Shown: positions 16,483 to 61,767 of the stretch, in pieces
Numbering within the stretch: position 1 is the first letter of the stretch
How the letters are laid out: each line of letters begins with the position of its first letter
Source of the DNA: Elusimicrobiota bacterium
Lineage (GTDB): Bacteria; Elusimicrobiota; Elusimicrobia; JACQPE01
Reading direction: 5' to 3'
DNA length: 64,000 nucleotides
Assembly (NCBI GenBank): GCA_016205025.1
Contig: JACQJO010000029.1
Coordinates: forward strand, 97,759 to 161,758
The notes under the pieces: model-generated
The model's input: only the letters and a program-made list of their open reading frames with translations
The model's database searches: none
Told to the model about the DNA's origin: nothing
Position numbers and translations under genes: made by a program

Positions 16483-18312
16483 TTATTGCGCCGACAGGCG
16501 CGCGCGATCCATCGGGTGGGGCAGAGTATTTTGAAGAATCATCTCTTCGGCAAGTTTTAAAATCTTATTTTGGGCCTGCAAAATCCGTTCAACGGGCGGC
16601 CGCCCCACGGTGACGAGGTACTCCTGCAAAATCTGGCTTGTTTTCTTGGGCAGGGAGTGAAAAATTTTATCCTTTAAGCCGGGGTCCGACAGGCCGTCTG
16701 AAATCGCTATGGCCAATTCATGAATCTGCACGCGCGAGAGAAGCATGTTTAACTCCTGCTCCGACCAATAGGTTATATCCCCAAAAAGCAAAACCTTGCC
16801 GCGCACGATCCGGTAAAGATTGGCGTCTTGGCTTTCGATCGTTTTAAGCATTTTCTCGCGCAACAGCAGATCAACGGCGTTTAACGTGTTGACAATTTCC
16901 TGCGCGCCGCCGACGACCCCGGCGATGCGGTGCTCCAGTTCCTCTTTCAGGCGCTCCATTAATTCCGTTTCCACCATTTGAGGCTCAGCCATCGCCTTGA
17001 TGACCTCTCCCAAGCGCTCGGATGGGAACTGCTCCAAGAACGCCTTTTTAGTGGCGACCGGAAGGCGGGCTACCACCAGGGCGATGTGGTTCGGATTTTC
17101 CTGCCCGATCAAGTGATAAAGGTCGGCCACGCGCGCCGGCGCGATCTTAATCTCCGCTTCGCCCGGCGCTTCGCTTTTTTGAGCGGCCATTTCGATTAAT
17201 TTTTCATCTCCGGCGCCGCCCGGCAACTCGTCTTCCCCCTCCTTGTCCTTGGCCATCCTTCCCTCAAGGTAAGCCCGCAGTTTATCCGGAAACTCAAATT
17301 TCACCTCGATGCTTTTTTGCCTGGCGGCTGAAAAAGCCACCACCCATTGCGCCAAAACTCCCACCAAGGAACGCCAAGTAATCAAAGCCAAAAACGTGGT
17401 GGCAACCAAGCCGATGATCAGAATAATCCCGATCGTGCCCCACTGAAGCACGGTGCCCAAAACCTTGGAATCCTTCAATAACTCCATGAAAGGATTGGGC
17501 ATGCTGAATCGCGTCACGACCAAACGGTCCCCCCGAGCCGCGTCCAGCGTTAAAAATGACCCGATCAAGGTCTGCACCTTCGCCTCGGCGTCCGCCGGCA
17601 AAGAATAATCCAGGGCGACCTTGACGAAAACGGATTTAACCTCCAGGCCCACCGCGTAAAGAAAATTGGGGTCCGAGAAAGGGTAACGCCCATCCGCCGC
17701 CTTCCTGGAACCCGGCGGCGCGCCGCCGGTTGGAACCGAAACCCCGGTCCCCACGGCCGAAAACCCGGGCAGGATAAAGGTGTCGGTTCCGGAGGCCTGG
17801 GGATCGCCGCTGTCCGCTATGCCCGGAAAAAGCCATTTATAACTGGAAGGATTTTCAGCTCCGGCATCGTCTGCCGGCGCGTCCTTGGCTGTCCGGCCTA
17901 ACTGGCCGGACAAATAAGCCGAAAGGCTGTTTTGCAATTCTTCCTTGAGTTTTAACGAAAACCCGACGTCCACATGCACGAAAACCTCGGCGTTTCCGGT
18001 GCCGAACGTTTTATCCAGGTGCTCCTGAATTTTATTCTTAAGATCACGCGACAGGTAGCTGGAAGCCTGAACAATCGCGCCTCCGGGCTCCAGGGGAAAG
18101 GCGAATGGAGGAAAGGCACTAAGGCACAAAGGCACTAAGGCACTAAGAATAACAGCTCTTCTTAGCTTAGCGCCTAAGTGCCTTTTTGCCCCAGTGCCCA
18201 AGTGCCTAAGTGCCTCTATGCCTATCTTGCCCTTTATCACTTTTTCCCCTTTTAGATTAATCCCAAAACCCCCCCCGCGCAACCCCCAACACCAAAAAGT
18301 AGGGACAGACAC
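16483..18312 (-). CDS. Membrane protein with a C-terminal FliG-like (FliG middle/C-terminal, MgtE-N-like) domain, possibly a FliF/FliG-like fusion
   Basis: 609 aa. The C-terminal ~250 aa align by eye with FliG. One TM helix 'IGIILIIGLVATTFLALITW' lies mid-protein. The N-terminal aa ~24-67 are encoded by hairpin repeat 18110..18240, and the start codon is uncertain. Confidence 0.45.
   Translation of the reverse strand: MSVPTFWCWGLRGGGFGINLKGEKVIKGKIGIEALRHLGTGAKRHLGAKLRRAVILSALVPLCLSAFPPFAFPLEPGGAIVQASSYLSRDLKNKIQEHLDKTFGTGNAEVFVHVDVGFSLKLKEELQNSLSAYLSGQLGRTAKDAPADDAGAENPSSYKWLFPGIADSGDPQASGTDTFILPGFSAVGTGVSVPTGGAPPGSRKAADGRYPFSDPNFLYAVGLEVKSVFVKVALDYSLPADAEAKVQTLIGSFLTLDAARGDRLVVTRFSMPNPFMELLKDSKVLGTVLQWGTIGIILIIGLVATTFLALITWRSLVGVLAQWVVAFSAARQKSIEVKFEFPDKLRAYLEGRMAKDKEGEDELPGGAGDEKLIEMAAQKSEAPGEAEIKIAPARVADLYHLIGQENPNHIALVVARLPVATKKAFLEQFPSERLGEVIKAMAEPQMVETELMERLKEELEHRIAGVVGGAQEIVNTLNAVDLLLREKMLKTIESQDANLYRIVRGKVLLFGDITYWSEQELNMLLSRVQIHELAIAISDGLSDPGLKDKIFHSLPKKTSQILQEYLVTVGRPPVERILQAQNKILKLAEEMILQNTLPHPMDRARLSAQ
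18110..18240. repeat. GGCACTAAG/CTTAGTGCC octamer hairpin element (copy 3 of 3)
   Basis: 'ggaaaggcactaaggcacaaaggcactaaggcactaagaataacagctcttcttagcttagcgcctaagtgcctttttgccccagtgcccaagtgcctaagtgcctctatgcct'. In the FliG-like ORF frame it encodes 'RRAVILSALVPLCLSAFPPFAFP' (signal-peptide-like). Confidence 0.75.
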
Positions 18313-18352
18313 TGCTTTTTTTAAAAAAAGCAGTGTCTGTCCCTACTTTTTG
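18294..18352. repeat. REP-like perfect palindrome, family 1 (core TAGGGACAGACAC), intergenic copy
   Basis: 'aaaaagtagggacagacactgctttttttaaaaaaagcagtgtctgtccctactttttgg'. It shares the GGGACAGACAC...GTGTCTGTCCC arms with the copies flanking the transposase at 18988..19040 and 19716..19769. Confidence 0.85.
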
Positions 18353-18390
18353 GTAACCGTTTACAATCCACACCTGGCTTTTATAAGTAC

Positions 18391-18717
18391 ATGTGGTACA
18401 GTATGTACATGAATAAAAAAATGGGTGATTGGCCCAGCGAACTAAACGTTTCTGAAGCGCGGCGCCTTCTGCCCAGCTTAATCCATTTTCTGGAACGCCA
18501 TCCTGATCGGATATTTAAAATTAAACAGCGCCAGCGCATGGTCGCGCAGCTGCAGGCGCCGCCGCGGCTGGCTAAAAGCGGACTGGCGGCCGAACGGTTG
18601 CTTCGTTTGGCTAAAAAACGCCGCTCAAAAAAAATTTCAACCACCATAAAGCCATTAAATGGCTCGAGCGATCAAAAGAAAGCAAAAGTTCTTTCCACGC
18701 GACCTGGGAAATTTTAA
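18391..18717 (+). CDS. Phd/YefM-like antitoxin
   Basis: 'LNVSEARRLLPSLIHFLERHPDRIFKIKQRQRMVAQL' fits the Phd/YefM N-terminal pattern (sEAR.nL...ve.h...I.r....vAvL). The likely start is M11 (~18421). Upstream lies palindromic operator-like DNA 'gtacatgtggtacagtatgtacatg'. Confidence 0.5.
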   Translation: MWYSMYMNKKMGDWPSELNVSEARRLLPSLIHFLERHPDRIFKIKQRQRMVAQLQAPPRLAKSGLAAERLLRLAKKRRSKKISTTIKPLNGSSDQKKAKVLSTRPGKF

Positions 18718-18989
18718 GTGAAACGGTTACGCTTCTAAGAATTAAATCCGGCTATGTGCCGGCGGCCCGTTTTGCCCAAGACATTATTCCAGCGCTGCAT
18801 ATCGCCGCCATCGATGAATCGCTGCGCCGGGAAGCCTTAAACATATTTCTGCGATTCGCCCGGGATAAGAAGCTTTCTTTTTGCGACTGTCTTTCCTACG
18901 CGGCCCTGACAACCATTTTGCGCGGCCTGCCGGCGGCCACCTTTGACCGGCATTTCAAGATGCTCGGCCTACCCCTCCTTGACGGATAA
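18634..18989 (+). pseudogene. PIN-domain (VapC-like) toxin remnant lacking its own start codon and first catalytic Asp
   Basis: The frame is open from the TAA at ~18631. 'AAIDESL...LSFCDCLSYAALTTILRGLPAATFDRHF' matches the PIN C-terminal acidic motifs. The position aligned to the first catalytic Asp reads Ser ('WEILSETV'). There is no ATG/GTG/TTG until the GTG at 18756. An A8 homopolymer lies at the frame junction with the antitoxin. Confidence 0.45.
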
Positions 18990-19769
18990 ATAGGGACAGA
19001 CACTATTTATTAGAAAATAAATAGTGTCTGTCCCTATTTATTAAAACGGGACGTCCCCTGATCTTGGGGGTTAAGTCCTTCTGCAGAACCTGCTCCATGC
19101 GGCTAATAAACTCTTCTTTTCCCGTGGGGCGGCCACGATGAGTGGCGTGGCGAATGCCGCTTAAAAATCGCGCATCTTCTTCGTCAGTCAAATAATCTGA
19201 CCAGTTTGGTATCTCCTCCAATAAAGGACAATAGGAAAGAATGGGGTTGGGTATTTTGGAAATATGAGCCTTGGCGCTCGACCAAAAATATTCTTCCGCT
19301 TTTATAACAAGTCCGGCACGCACCGGATTTCTTTCAACATAACGAACTGCCGCATAGGTATACTGCTCATCTAAAACACTAGAAAAAAATCGGCCTTGCC
19401 AGAGATGTCCGCTCCGTTTGGCCTTAGCGTTAAAGTACAAGGCATAGGTAGCGTGAAGAGAAGCCATGGTTTTTGCTATCGAATTTTGATTTTCAGGCAC
19501 AACAATAAAATGTACGTGATTGGTCATTAAACAGTAAGCCCAAATCTTCAGACCAAACTTCTGCGAGCATTCTTTTAACCCACCAAGATAAAATCTTCTA
19601 TCCTGATCATCAAGAAAAACATTTTCTTTATTGTTTCCCCTCTGCGTAACATGGTGAGGCAAGTCAGGCACGACAACTCTCGCATCTCTGGGCATGGAAA
19701 AATAGTACAAAATAATAAATAGGGACAGACACTATTTATTAGAAAATAAATAGTGTCTGTCCCTATTTA
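18988..19769 (-). mobile_element. IS200/IS605-family (RAYT-like) tyrosine transposase unit flanked by family-1 perfect palindromes
   Basis: Palindromes 'aaatagggacagacactatttatt agaa aataaatagtgtctgtccctattt' at 18988..19040 and the same at 19716..19769 bracket the tnpA ORF. Confidence 0.8.
19003..19710 (-). CDS. tnpA: IS200-like / REP-associated tyrosine transposase (HuH Y1)
   Basis: 235 aa. HuH motif 'TNHVHFIV' and a C-terminal catalytic-Tyr region 'YVERNPVRAGLV'. 'MPRDARVVVPDLPHHVTQRGN' is the probable true start (M6). Confidence 0.8.
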   Translation of the reverse strand: MYYFSMPRDARVVVPDLPHHVTQRGNNKENVFLDDQDRRFYLGGLKECSQKFGLKIWAYCLMTNHVHFIVVPENQNSIAKTMASLHATYALYFNAKAKRSGHLWQGRFFSSVLDEQYTYAAVRYVERNPVRAGLVIKAEEYFWSSAKAHISKIPNPILSYCPLLEEIPNWSDYLTDEEDARFLSGIRHATHRGRPTGKEEFISRMEQVLQKDLTPKIRGRPVLINRDRHYLFSNK

Positions 19770-21724
19770 TTGGAAGCGGTGCAGGAATTCGGAAAGGGCT
19801 TTGTTGTCGGGGTTGATCTCAAGGGATTTTTTCCACATTTCGAAGGCCTTGTCGCGAATGCCGAGCGCGAAGTAGGAAGAACCCAGCCGCTCGTAGGCCA
19901 AGGCGTTGTTGGGGTCCAGCTTAATGGCGTCTTCGCAGGCTTTGGTGGCCATTTCGAATCGGCCCTGTCTAAAGAAGCGATCCGCCTCCTGAAGCTTGGC
20001 GATGATGTTGACGCGCGGCGGCAACAGCGGCTTGGTTTTTTCCTCCGCGCGGCCGGATTCCTCTACCATGGTTTCGAAGATGCGCCGGGTGATCTCGTCT
20101 CCCGGATCCTCCGCCATGGCCTGGCGCATCAATAAAATGGCGCCGTCTAAATTGGCCTCGATATAGTCGGACAACCCGCGCAGCATATAGGTATATTTTC
20201 TCTTCAACTCGGAAGGCGCGTCTTCGGACGGCTTTTTCATTTCCTCGGTCGTCAACCGCAGCCAGCCGATCACCTTCTCGGCGCGCGAACGGCGCACCCC
20301 GACCACCTGGTCCGTGGGATTGGTGGCCAATGACTTATCCATCAACCGCGCGGCCTCAAGGAACCGCCCGGCCCGGTAAGCTTCCTGCGAATGGTCCAGG
20401 TAACCCTGCGACAAGCTCTTTCTCTCGCGCACCTTACTGCCGCCCAGCCACACCCCGACCGAAAACCGGCTGGAGTTGCCCAGTTCATGCATCATCATGG
20501 CGTAATCAAGCTGGACGTTGCCGTATCTCATGCCCAGGCCTCCGGAAGCGGCGTTGGTCCCGCCCATGCCCAAGCGCAGAGCGGCCGGCCCCAACCCGTA
20601 CTCCAAGCCCACCCTGGTCACCGCGCCAACCTGCTCAAACTGGCTCGAAACCTTAAGCGCTCCTTCGAATAGTCCGTAGCTGGCGCCCAAAACAACATTT
20701 AAGGGCAGTTCGTCTTCGGTGCCCACTCCGGTAAACAGCACGTCGCGCAGAACCAACCCTATTTCCCCATGTTTAAACGCCTGATAATCCATGGCCATAT
20801 CAAGAGAGGCCAATGATGACGACGCGCCCGGCAGGCTTCGGGTCAAATACTTTCCGGAGGCGCCAAAAGAAAAGGAGGAGCCGAACCGGTTGCCGTACGA
20901 TAAACCCAAGCCTTGGCTCATAAAACTGTAATCGCCCACCAAATTGTTATTGTCATCCCTTTGCTCAACAGCCCCGATGCCAAGGCGCACCACCGAAAGC
21001 CCCACGGTACCGGCCGACAGCATGGGATAAGCCCACCCCGCGTAATCGTAAGTGGCGCCCTCAAACAAACCCGCGTGCAGGAAGTTAAAATTCATTCTCT
21101 CAAGATAAGACAACCGCGCCGGGTTCCAGTAACCGGCCGTGGCGTCTTCGGCCATGACGATGGAGGCGTTGCCGAGACCCAGGGAACGAGCGCCGGCTCC
21201 AAAAGTCCAAATATCGCCAGCTCCGCCCCCTAACTCTTTACCAAAAGAGTTAGGGGGAAAGGCGACAGAGGCCAAAAAGGCCACGGAGGCCAAAGACGCT
21301 ATAATAAAATTGTGGCAAAGACGTTCAAGGATCTTATTGTTTGGAAAGAGGCTAAATTGTTGGTCCACAGCATTTACCGACAAACATCCGGTTTTCCTAA
21401 AGAAGAAACTTATGGACTTATCTCCCAAATGCGCAGAGCAGCGCTTTCCGTTCCCAGCAATATTGCCGAAGGCTGGGGTTCGCATTCTACGGACAAACAA
21501 TTTCTTCAATATCTCAACAACGCCAGCGGCAGTCTTGCGGAACTCGAATCGCATATCGCCATTGCTGCCGATGAAGGTTTTCTTGCTAGCGCGCACAAAA
21601 ACCAACTTGAAGACCAAGTGAAACGCATAAGCTATCTCATAAACCGTTTTAGAGATCGCCTTAATTAAGATTACCATCGCCTCTATGGCCTCTTTGGCGT
21701 CTTTCGCGTCTTTCGCCTTTCTCA

Positions 21725-21725
<1 letters not shown>
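19767..21725 (-). CDS. Outer-membrane beta-barrel protein of the FadL/PorV-like type with C-terminal TPR repeats (5' end uncertain)
   Basis: The N-terminal mature region 'GAGARSLGLGNASIVMAEDATAGYWNPARLSYL' matches the FadL/PorV 'NPA' motif family. A Gly/Tyr/Ser-rich alternating-strand region of ~300 aa follows. The C-terminal ~200 aa carry TPR repeats ('AYERLGSSYFALGIRDKAFEMWKKSLEINPDN'). The first ~140 codons of the ORF overlap the opposite-strand four-helix-bundle gene and a repeat arm. The hydrophobic 'ASLASVAFLASVAF' stretch is encoded by repeat 21258..21300. Confidence 0.6.
21226..21300. repeat. Left inverted-repeat arm plus a hairpin flanking four-helix-bundle cassette 1
   Basis: Hairpin 'ccccctaactctttaccaaaagagttaggggg' (21226..21257). 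It is followed by 'aaaggcgacagaggccaaaaaggccacggaggccaaagacgc', which is inverted relative to 21683..21722 ('ggcctctttggcgtctttcgcgtctttcgcctttctc'). Confidence 0.7.
21312..21668 (+). CDS. Four-helix-bundle protein (TIGR02436 / '23S rRNA intervening-sequence protein' family; Avd-like fold)
   Basis: 118 aa. 'FKDLIVWKEAKLLVHSIYRQTSGFPKEETYGLISQMRRAALSVPSNIAEGWGSHSTDKQFLQYLNNASGSLAELESHIAIAADEGF' matches the family hallmarks (DL.VWqkA...iy.lt..FPkeE.ygL.sQ.rRAa.Si.sNIAEG.gr....e...fl.iA.GSl.El.t.l). Confidence 0.85.
   Translation: MAKTFKDLIVWKEAKLLVHSIYRQTSGFPKEETYGLISQMRRAALSVPSNIAEGWGSHSTDKQFLQYLNNASGSLAELESHIAIAADEGFLASAHKNQLEDQVKRISYLINRFRDRLN
21683..21722. repeat. Right inverted-repeat arm of four-helix-bundle cassette 1 (tandem GCGTCTTTC units)
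   Basis: 'ggcctctttggcgtctttcgcgtctttcgcctttctc'. It lies between the 4HB stop and the giant-gene stop. Confidence 0.7.
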
Positions 21726-59344
<37,619 letters not shown>

Positions 59345-59352
59345 CTGTTCAC

Positions 59353-59401
59353 CCCAAAAACGGAGGCGCCTCGAATCACTTCGGGGATTCGAGGCGCCTC
59401 A
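59353..59401 (-). terminator. Candidate intrinsic terminator / attenuator hairpin immediately upstream of the giant gene (minus strand)
   Basis: A 15-bp GC-rich stem 'gaggcgcctcgaatc' / 'gattcgaggcgcctc' with an 8-nt loop. On the minus strand it is followed by 'CGTTTTTGGGG'. Confidence 0.4.
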
Positions 59402-59679
59402 TAACCCATCGTTAAAACATCAGTTTGATATCCGGGTGGCGCCCTCGAAGCAAGGAGTATCGCCACCCATAGAGAAAAAGAGAACAAAGCGGACAAGGTG
59501 AATAAAGCGAATAAAGACGAGGGGGCGTTACTACAATTTCCAGTACAATCCAACGGCCATACTCCAAGACCCCCATATTTGTCACCCCGCCCCAAGGCGG
59601 GGTCCAAGCCATTTTGATGATCCCCAGCCCAAAAGTTAAGGCTAGTTTCCTCCTGGCGACCCGATTTCGTTAGGACGTT

Positions 59680-59737
59680 AAAAATGGTACCAGGTACCAA
59701 ATGGCCAAAAATATCCATTTGGTACCTGGTACCATTT
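59680..59737. repeat. Family-2 palindrome, copy b (intergenic)
   Basis: 'aaaaatggtaccaggtaccaaatggccaaaaatatccatttggtacctggtaccatttt'. Confidence 0.85.
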
Positions 59738-60013
59738 TGGATTTGGATTATTTTGCCTTCTCTTGCCGCTGGTTCTCCCTGCAGAAACACAAAAAGAACC
59801 ACAAAAGGCAATAAATAAAAAAGCCCCGGCGCCAAAAGCACAATTCCAGCGCCCAGGGACCCCAATGAAAGAAACAGGGAAATAGGGTCTCCCACCATTA
59901 AATATGTACCTCACCCCCCGCCCTCGGTCAAGTAGGGTCAAAACATACTTTTGGGGACAAGTGAATAAGGTGAATCAGGTGACAAAGGAACCAGAAAAAA
60001 TGGTACCAGGCAG

Positions 60014-60072
60014 AAAAAATGGTACCAGGTACCAAATGGGCACTAATGCCCATTTGGTACCTGGTACCATTT
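60014..60072. repeat. Family-2 palindrome, copy c, at the 5' end of transposase 2, preceded by a truncated extra arm at 59995..60010
   Basis: 'aaaaaatggtaccaggtaccaaatgggcactaatgcccatttggtacctggtaccatttgtg'. Confidence 0.85.
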
Positions 60073-60789
60073 GTGCATTTGTGCTTAAATCCAATAGTTA
60101 TGCCAAGACACCCAAGAATAGAAATGCCTGGAGGTTTTTACCACGTTCTGAACCGTGGCAACAACAAGCAAGCATTGTTTCGTAATGCGGGTGACTACGT
60201 ATTCTTCTTAAACCTATTGGAAACTGCTTCTAAAAAATGGCCCTTTAAGGTGCACGCTTATTGCCTAATGCCCAATCATTACCATCTCTTTATGGAAACC
60301 ACAGAAGGACACTTATCGCGCCCGCTGCATCTTGTTAACAGAGCCTACGCCGCTTATTTTGCTAGAAAATACGAATTTACTGGACACGTATTCCAAGGAA
60401 GATTTAAATCGCTCATGGTTGAAAAAGAAGGCTATCTTTTAACTCTTTCTAGATACATCCACCTTAATCCCATCAAAGCCAAGCTGGCACAAAAACTGGA
60501 AGATTATTCCTACTCCAGCTATGCCTGCTTCATGGGACTTAGATCAAAGCCGAACTGGCTGGATATCGAAACCACGCTAAGCTACTTCGGATCAACAAGC
60601 ATACTCCAGCAAGAACAGTACAAGCTTTTCGTGTTAAGCGAGATGTTCGAATTGCAAAACGAACCTTTTTATCAAGCCGCCGATGATGTGCTGGAAGGAA
60701 AATCCAAAGCGCTCATGAGATTAAAAAAGGTACTCCACTTAAAAACAGCGCCTAGCACCGCAACGGAAAATAAGGTACTAATTAATTAA
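60019..60789 (+). CDS. tnpA: IS200-like / REP-associated tyrosine transposase (second copy; probable true start ATG 60100)
   Basis: 'MPRHPRIEMPGGFYHVLNRGN...CLMPNHYHLFMET...GHVFQGRFKS...SRYIHLNPIKAKL'. It carries the HuH motif and a catalytic Tyr region. It has the same architecture as 19003..19710 but diverged sequence. The N-terminal 27 codons of the maximal ORF are translated palindrome. Confidence 0.8.
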   Translation: MVPGTKWALMPIWYLVPFVHLCLNPIVMPRHPRIEMPGGFYHVLNRGNNKQALFRNAGDYVFFLNLLETASKKWPFKVHAYCLMPNHYHLFMETTEGHLSRPLHLVNRAYAAYFARKYEFTGHVFQGRFKSLMVEKEGYLLTLSRYIHLNPIKAKLAQKLEDYSYSSYACFMGLRSKPNWLDIETTLSYFGSTSILQQEQYKLFVLSEMFELQNEPFYQAADDVLEGKSKALMRLKKVLHLKTAPSTATENKVLIN

Positions 60790-61688
60790 TGTTCTGCAGT
60801 TCATGCGGAGAGAGGAATCCTCATGGTTCGCGCTTTTGCAACAACTGTGGTTCGACTTTGCTCACCACGGGTGGCGCGAAATTAGGCGGTGGAACAATCG
60901 GCACAGGCGCAACAGGCGCTAAAAGCAACCCCCCTTCATGGGCTAACACCCTGGGAATCACCGCGCTGTTTGCGGCGGGATTGATCGGCATTTATCTTAA
61001 TCCCCTGCTTGAGGTGACGACGGTGGCTTATATCGCGGTCGCGGCTTCGACCGTTTGGGTATTTATGGATGCGCCGCGCTGGAATCTCTCCCGATGGCCA
61101 TGGACCGCGGGAACGCTGGCGCTCTGGGCTTTCATATTTCCCGTTTATCTCTGGAAAACGCGGCGCTGGACCGGCTTGGTTCCGGGCCTGGCCGGAAGCT
61201 TAATCATTGTGGGAATGCAGGCCTTTCCCCATTTTTACTCCGAAAAAAAACATTTCCGGCGCGGCGTTCTTTTCGCCGGACAACAGCGCTTCACGCAGGC
61301 CGAAAATGAATTCAAAATGGCCATCAAGAAAAATCCGGCTTTGGGCGAGGCGCATCTGAATTTGGGCATTCTCTATATGAGCCAAGGGATGCTTGAAGCC
61401 TCGGAGCGGGAATTAACCGCGGCCCAACAGCTTTTGCAAACCAAAAAACCGAAATACCTGGGCGACTTAAACCAAAACGAAGCACTCTCCCTTTGCTCGT
61501 CACACCTGGCCGCGGTCTACGCCATGCGCACCAGCGAGGAAATCCAGGTCTTAAACCGCCAGCAAGCCAAAATCTATTTCGCCAAAGCCAAAGAATACGC
61601 CAGCCGCGCCCTGGAGCTCGACGGCGGCAATTTAAGATCGCAGGAATTGACAAGACGATTAAAGCAACTGGAAACGTTTTTGGAATAA
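60789..61688 (+). CDS. Zinc-ribbon / TPR-repeat membrane protein
   Basis: 299 aa. N-terminal 'CSSCGERNPHGSRFCNNCG' zinc ribbon, a Gly-rich linker, ~4 TM helices, and a C-terminal TPR ('GEAHLNLGILYMSQGMLEASERELTAAQQLL'). Confidence 0.6.
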   Translation: MFCSSCGERNPHGSRFCNNCGSTLLTTGGAKLGGGTIGTGATGAKSNPPSWANTLGITALFAAGLIGIYLNPLLEVTTVAYIAVAASTVWVFMDAPRWNLSRWPWTAGTLALWAFIFPVYLWKTRRWTGLVPGLAGSLIIVGMQAFPHFYSEKKHFRRGVLFAGQQRFTQAENEFKMAIKKNPALGEAHLNLGILYMSQGMLEASERELTAAQQLLQTKKPKYLGDLNQNEALSLCSSHLAAVYAMRTSEEIQVLNRQQAKIYFAKAKEYASRALELDGGNLRSQELTRRLKQLETFLE

Positions 61689-61692
61689 AAGA

Positions 61693-61738
61693 AAGTAGGT
61701 AGTAAAAAAAGTAGGTAGTAGATAGTAGGTAGTAGGTA
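61693..61738. repeat. (GTAGGTAGTAG)n left inverted-repeat arm of four-helix-bundle cassette 2
   Basis: 'gtaggtagtaaaaaaagtaggtagtagatagtaggtagtaggtagg'. It is the inverse of 62152..62182 'cctacctactacctactacctactacctact'. Confidence 0.75.
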
Positions 61739-61767
61739 GGGGAGGGGAAAGGGTAGGGGAAACAAAA

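Noticed and set aside
21312-21668. Diversity-generating retroelement (four-helix-bundle Avd-like gene next to a protein with C-type lectin domains)
   Set aside because: No reverse transcriptase ORF exists in the window. The CTLDs are internal, not C-terminal; the gene ends in a T9SS-type domain. I found no template/variable repeat pair with adenine-specific differences. The TIGR02436-type four-helix-bundle genes also occur widely outside DGRs.
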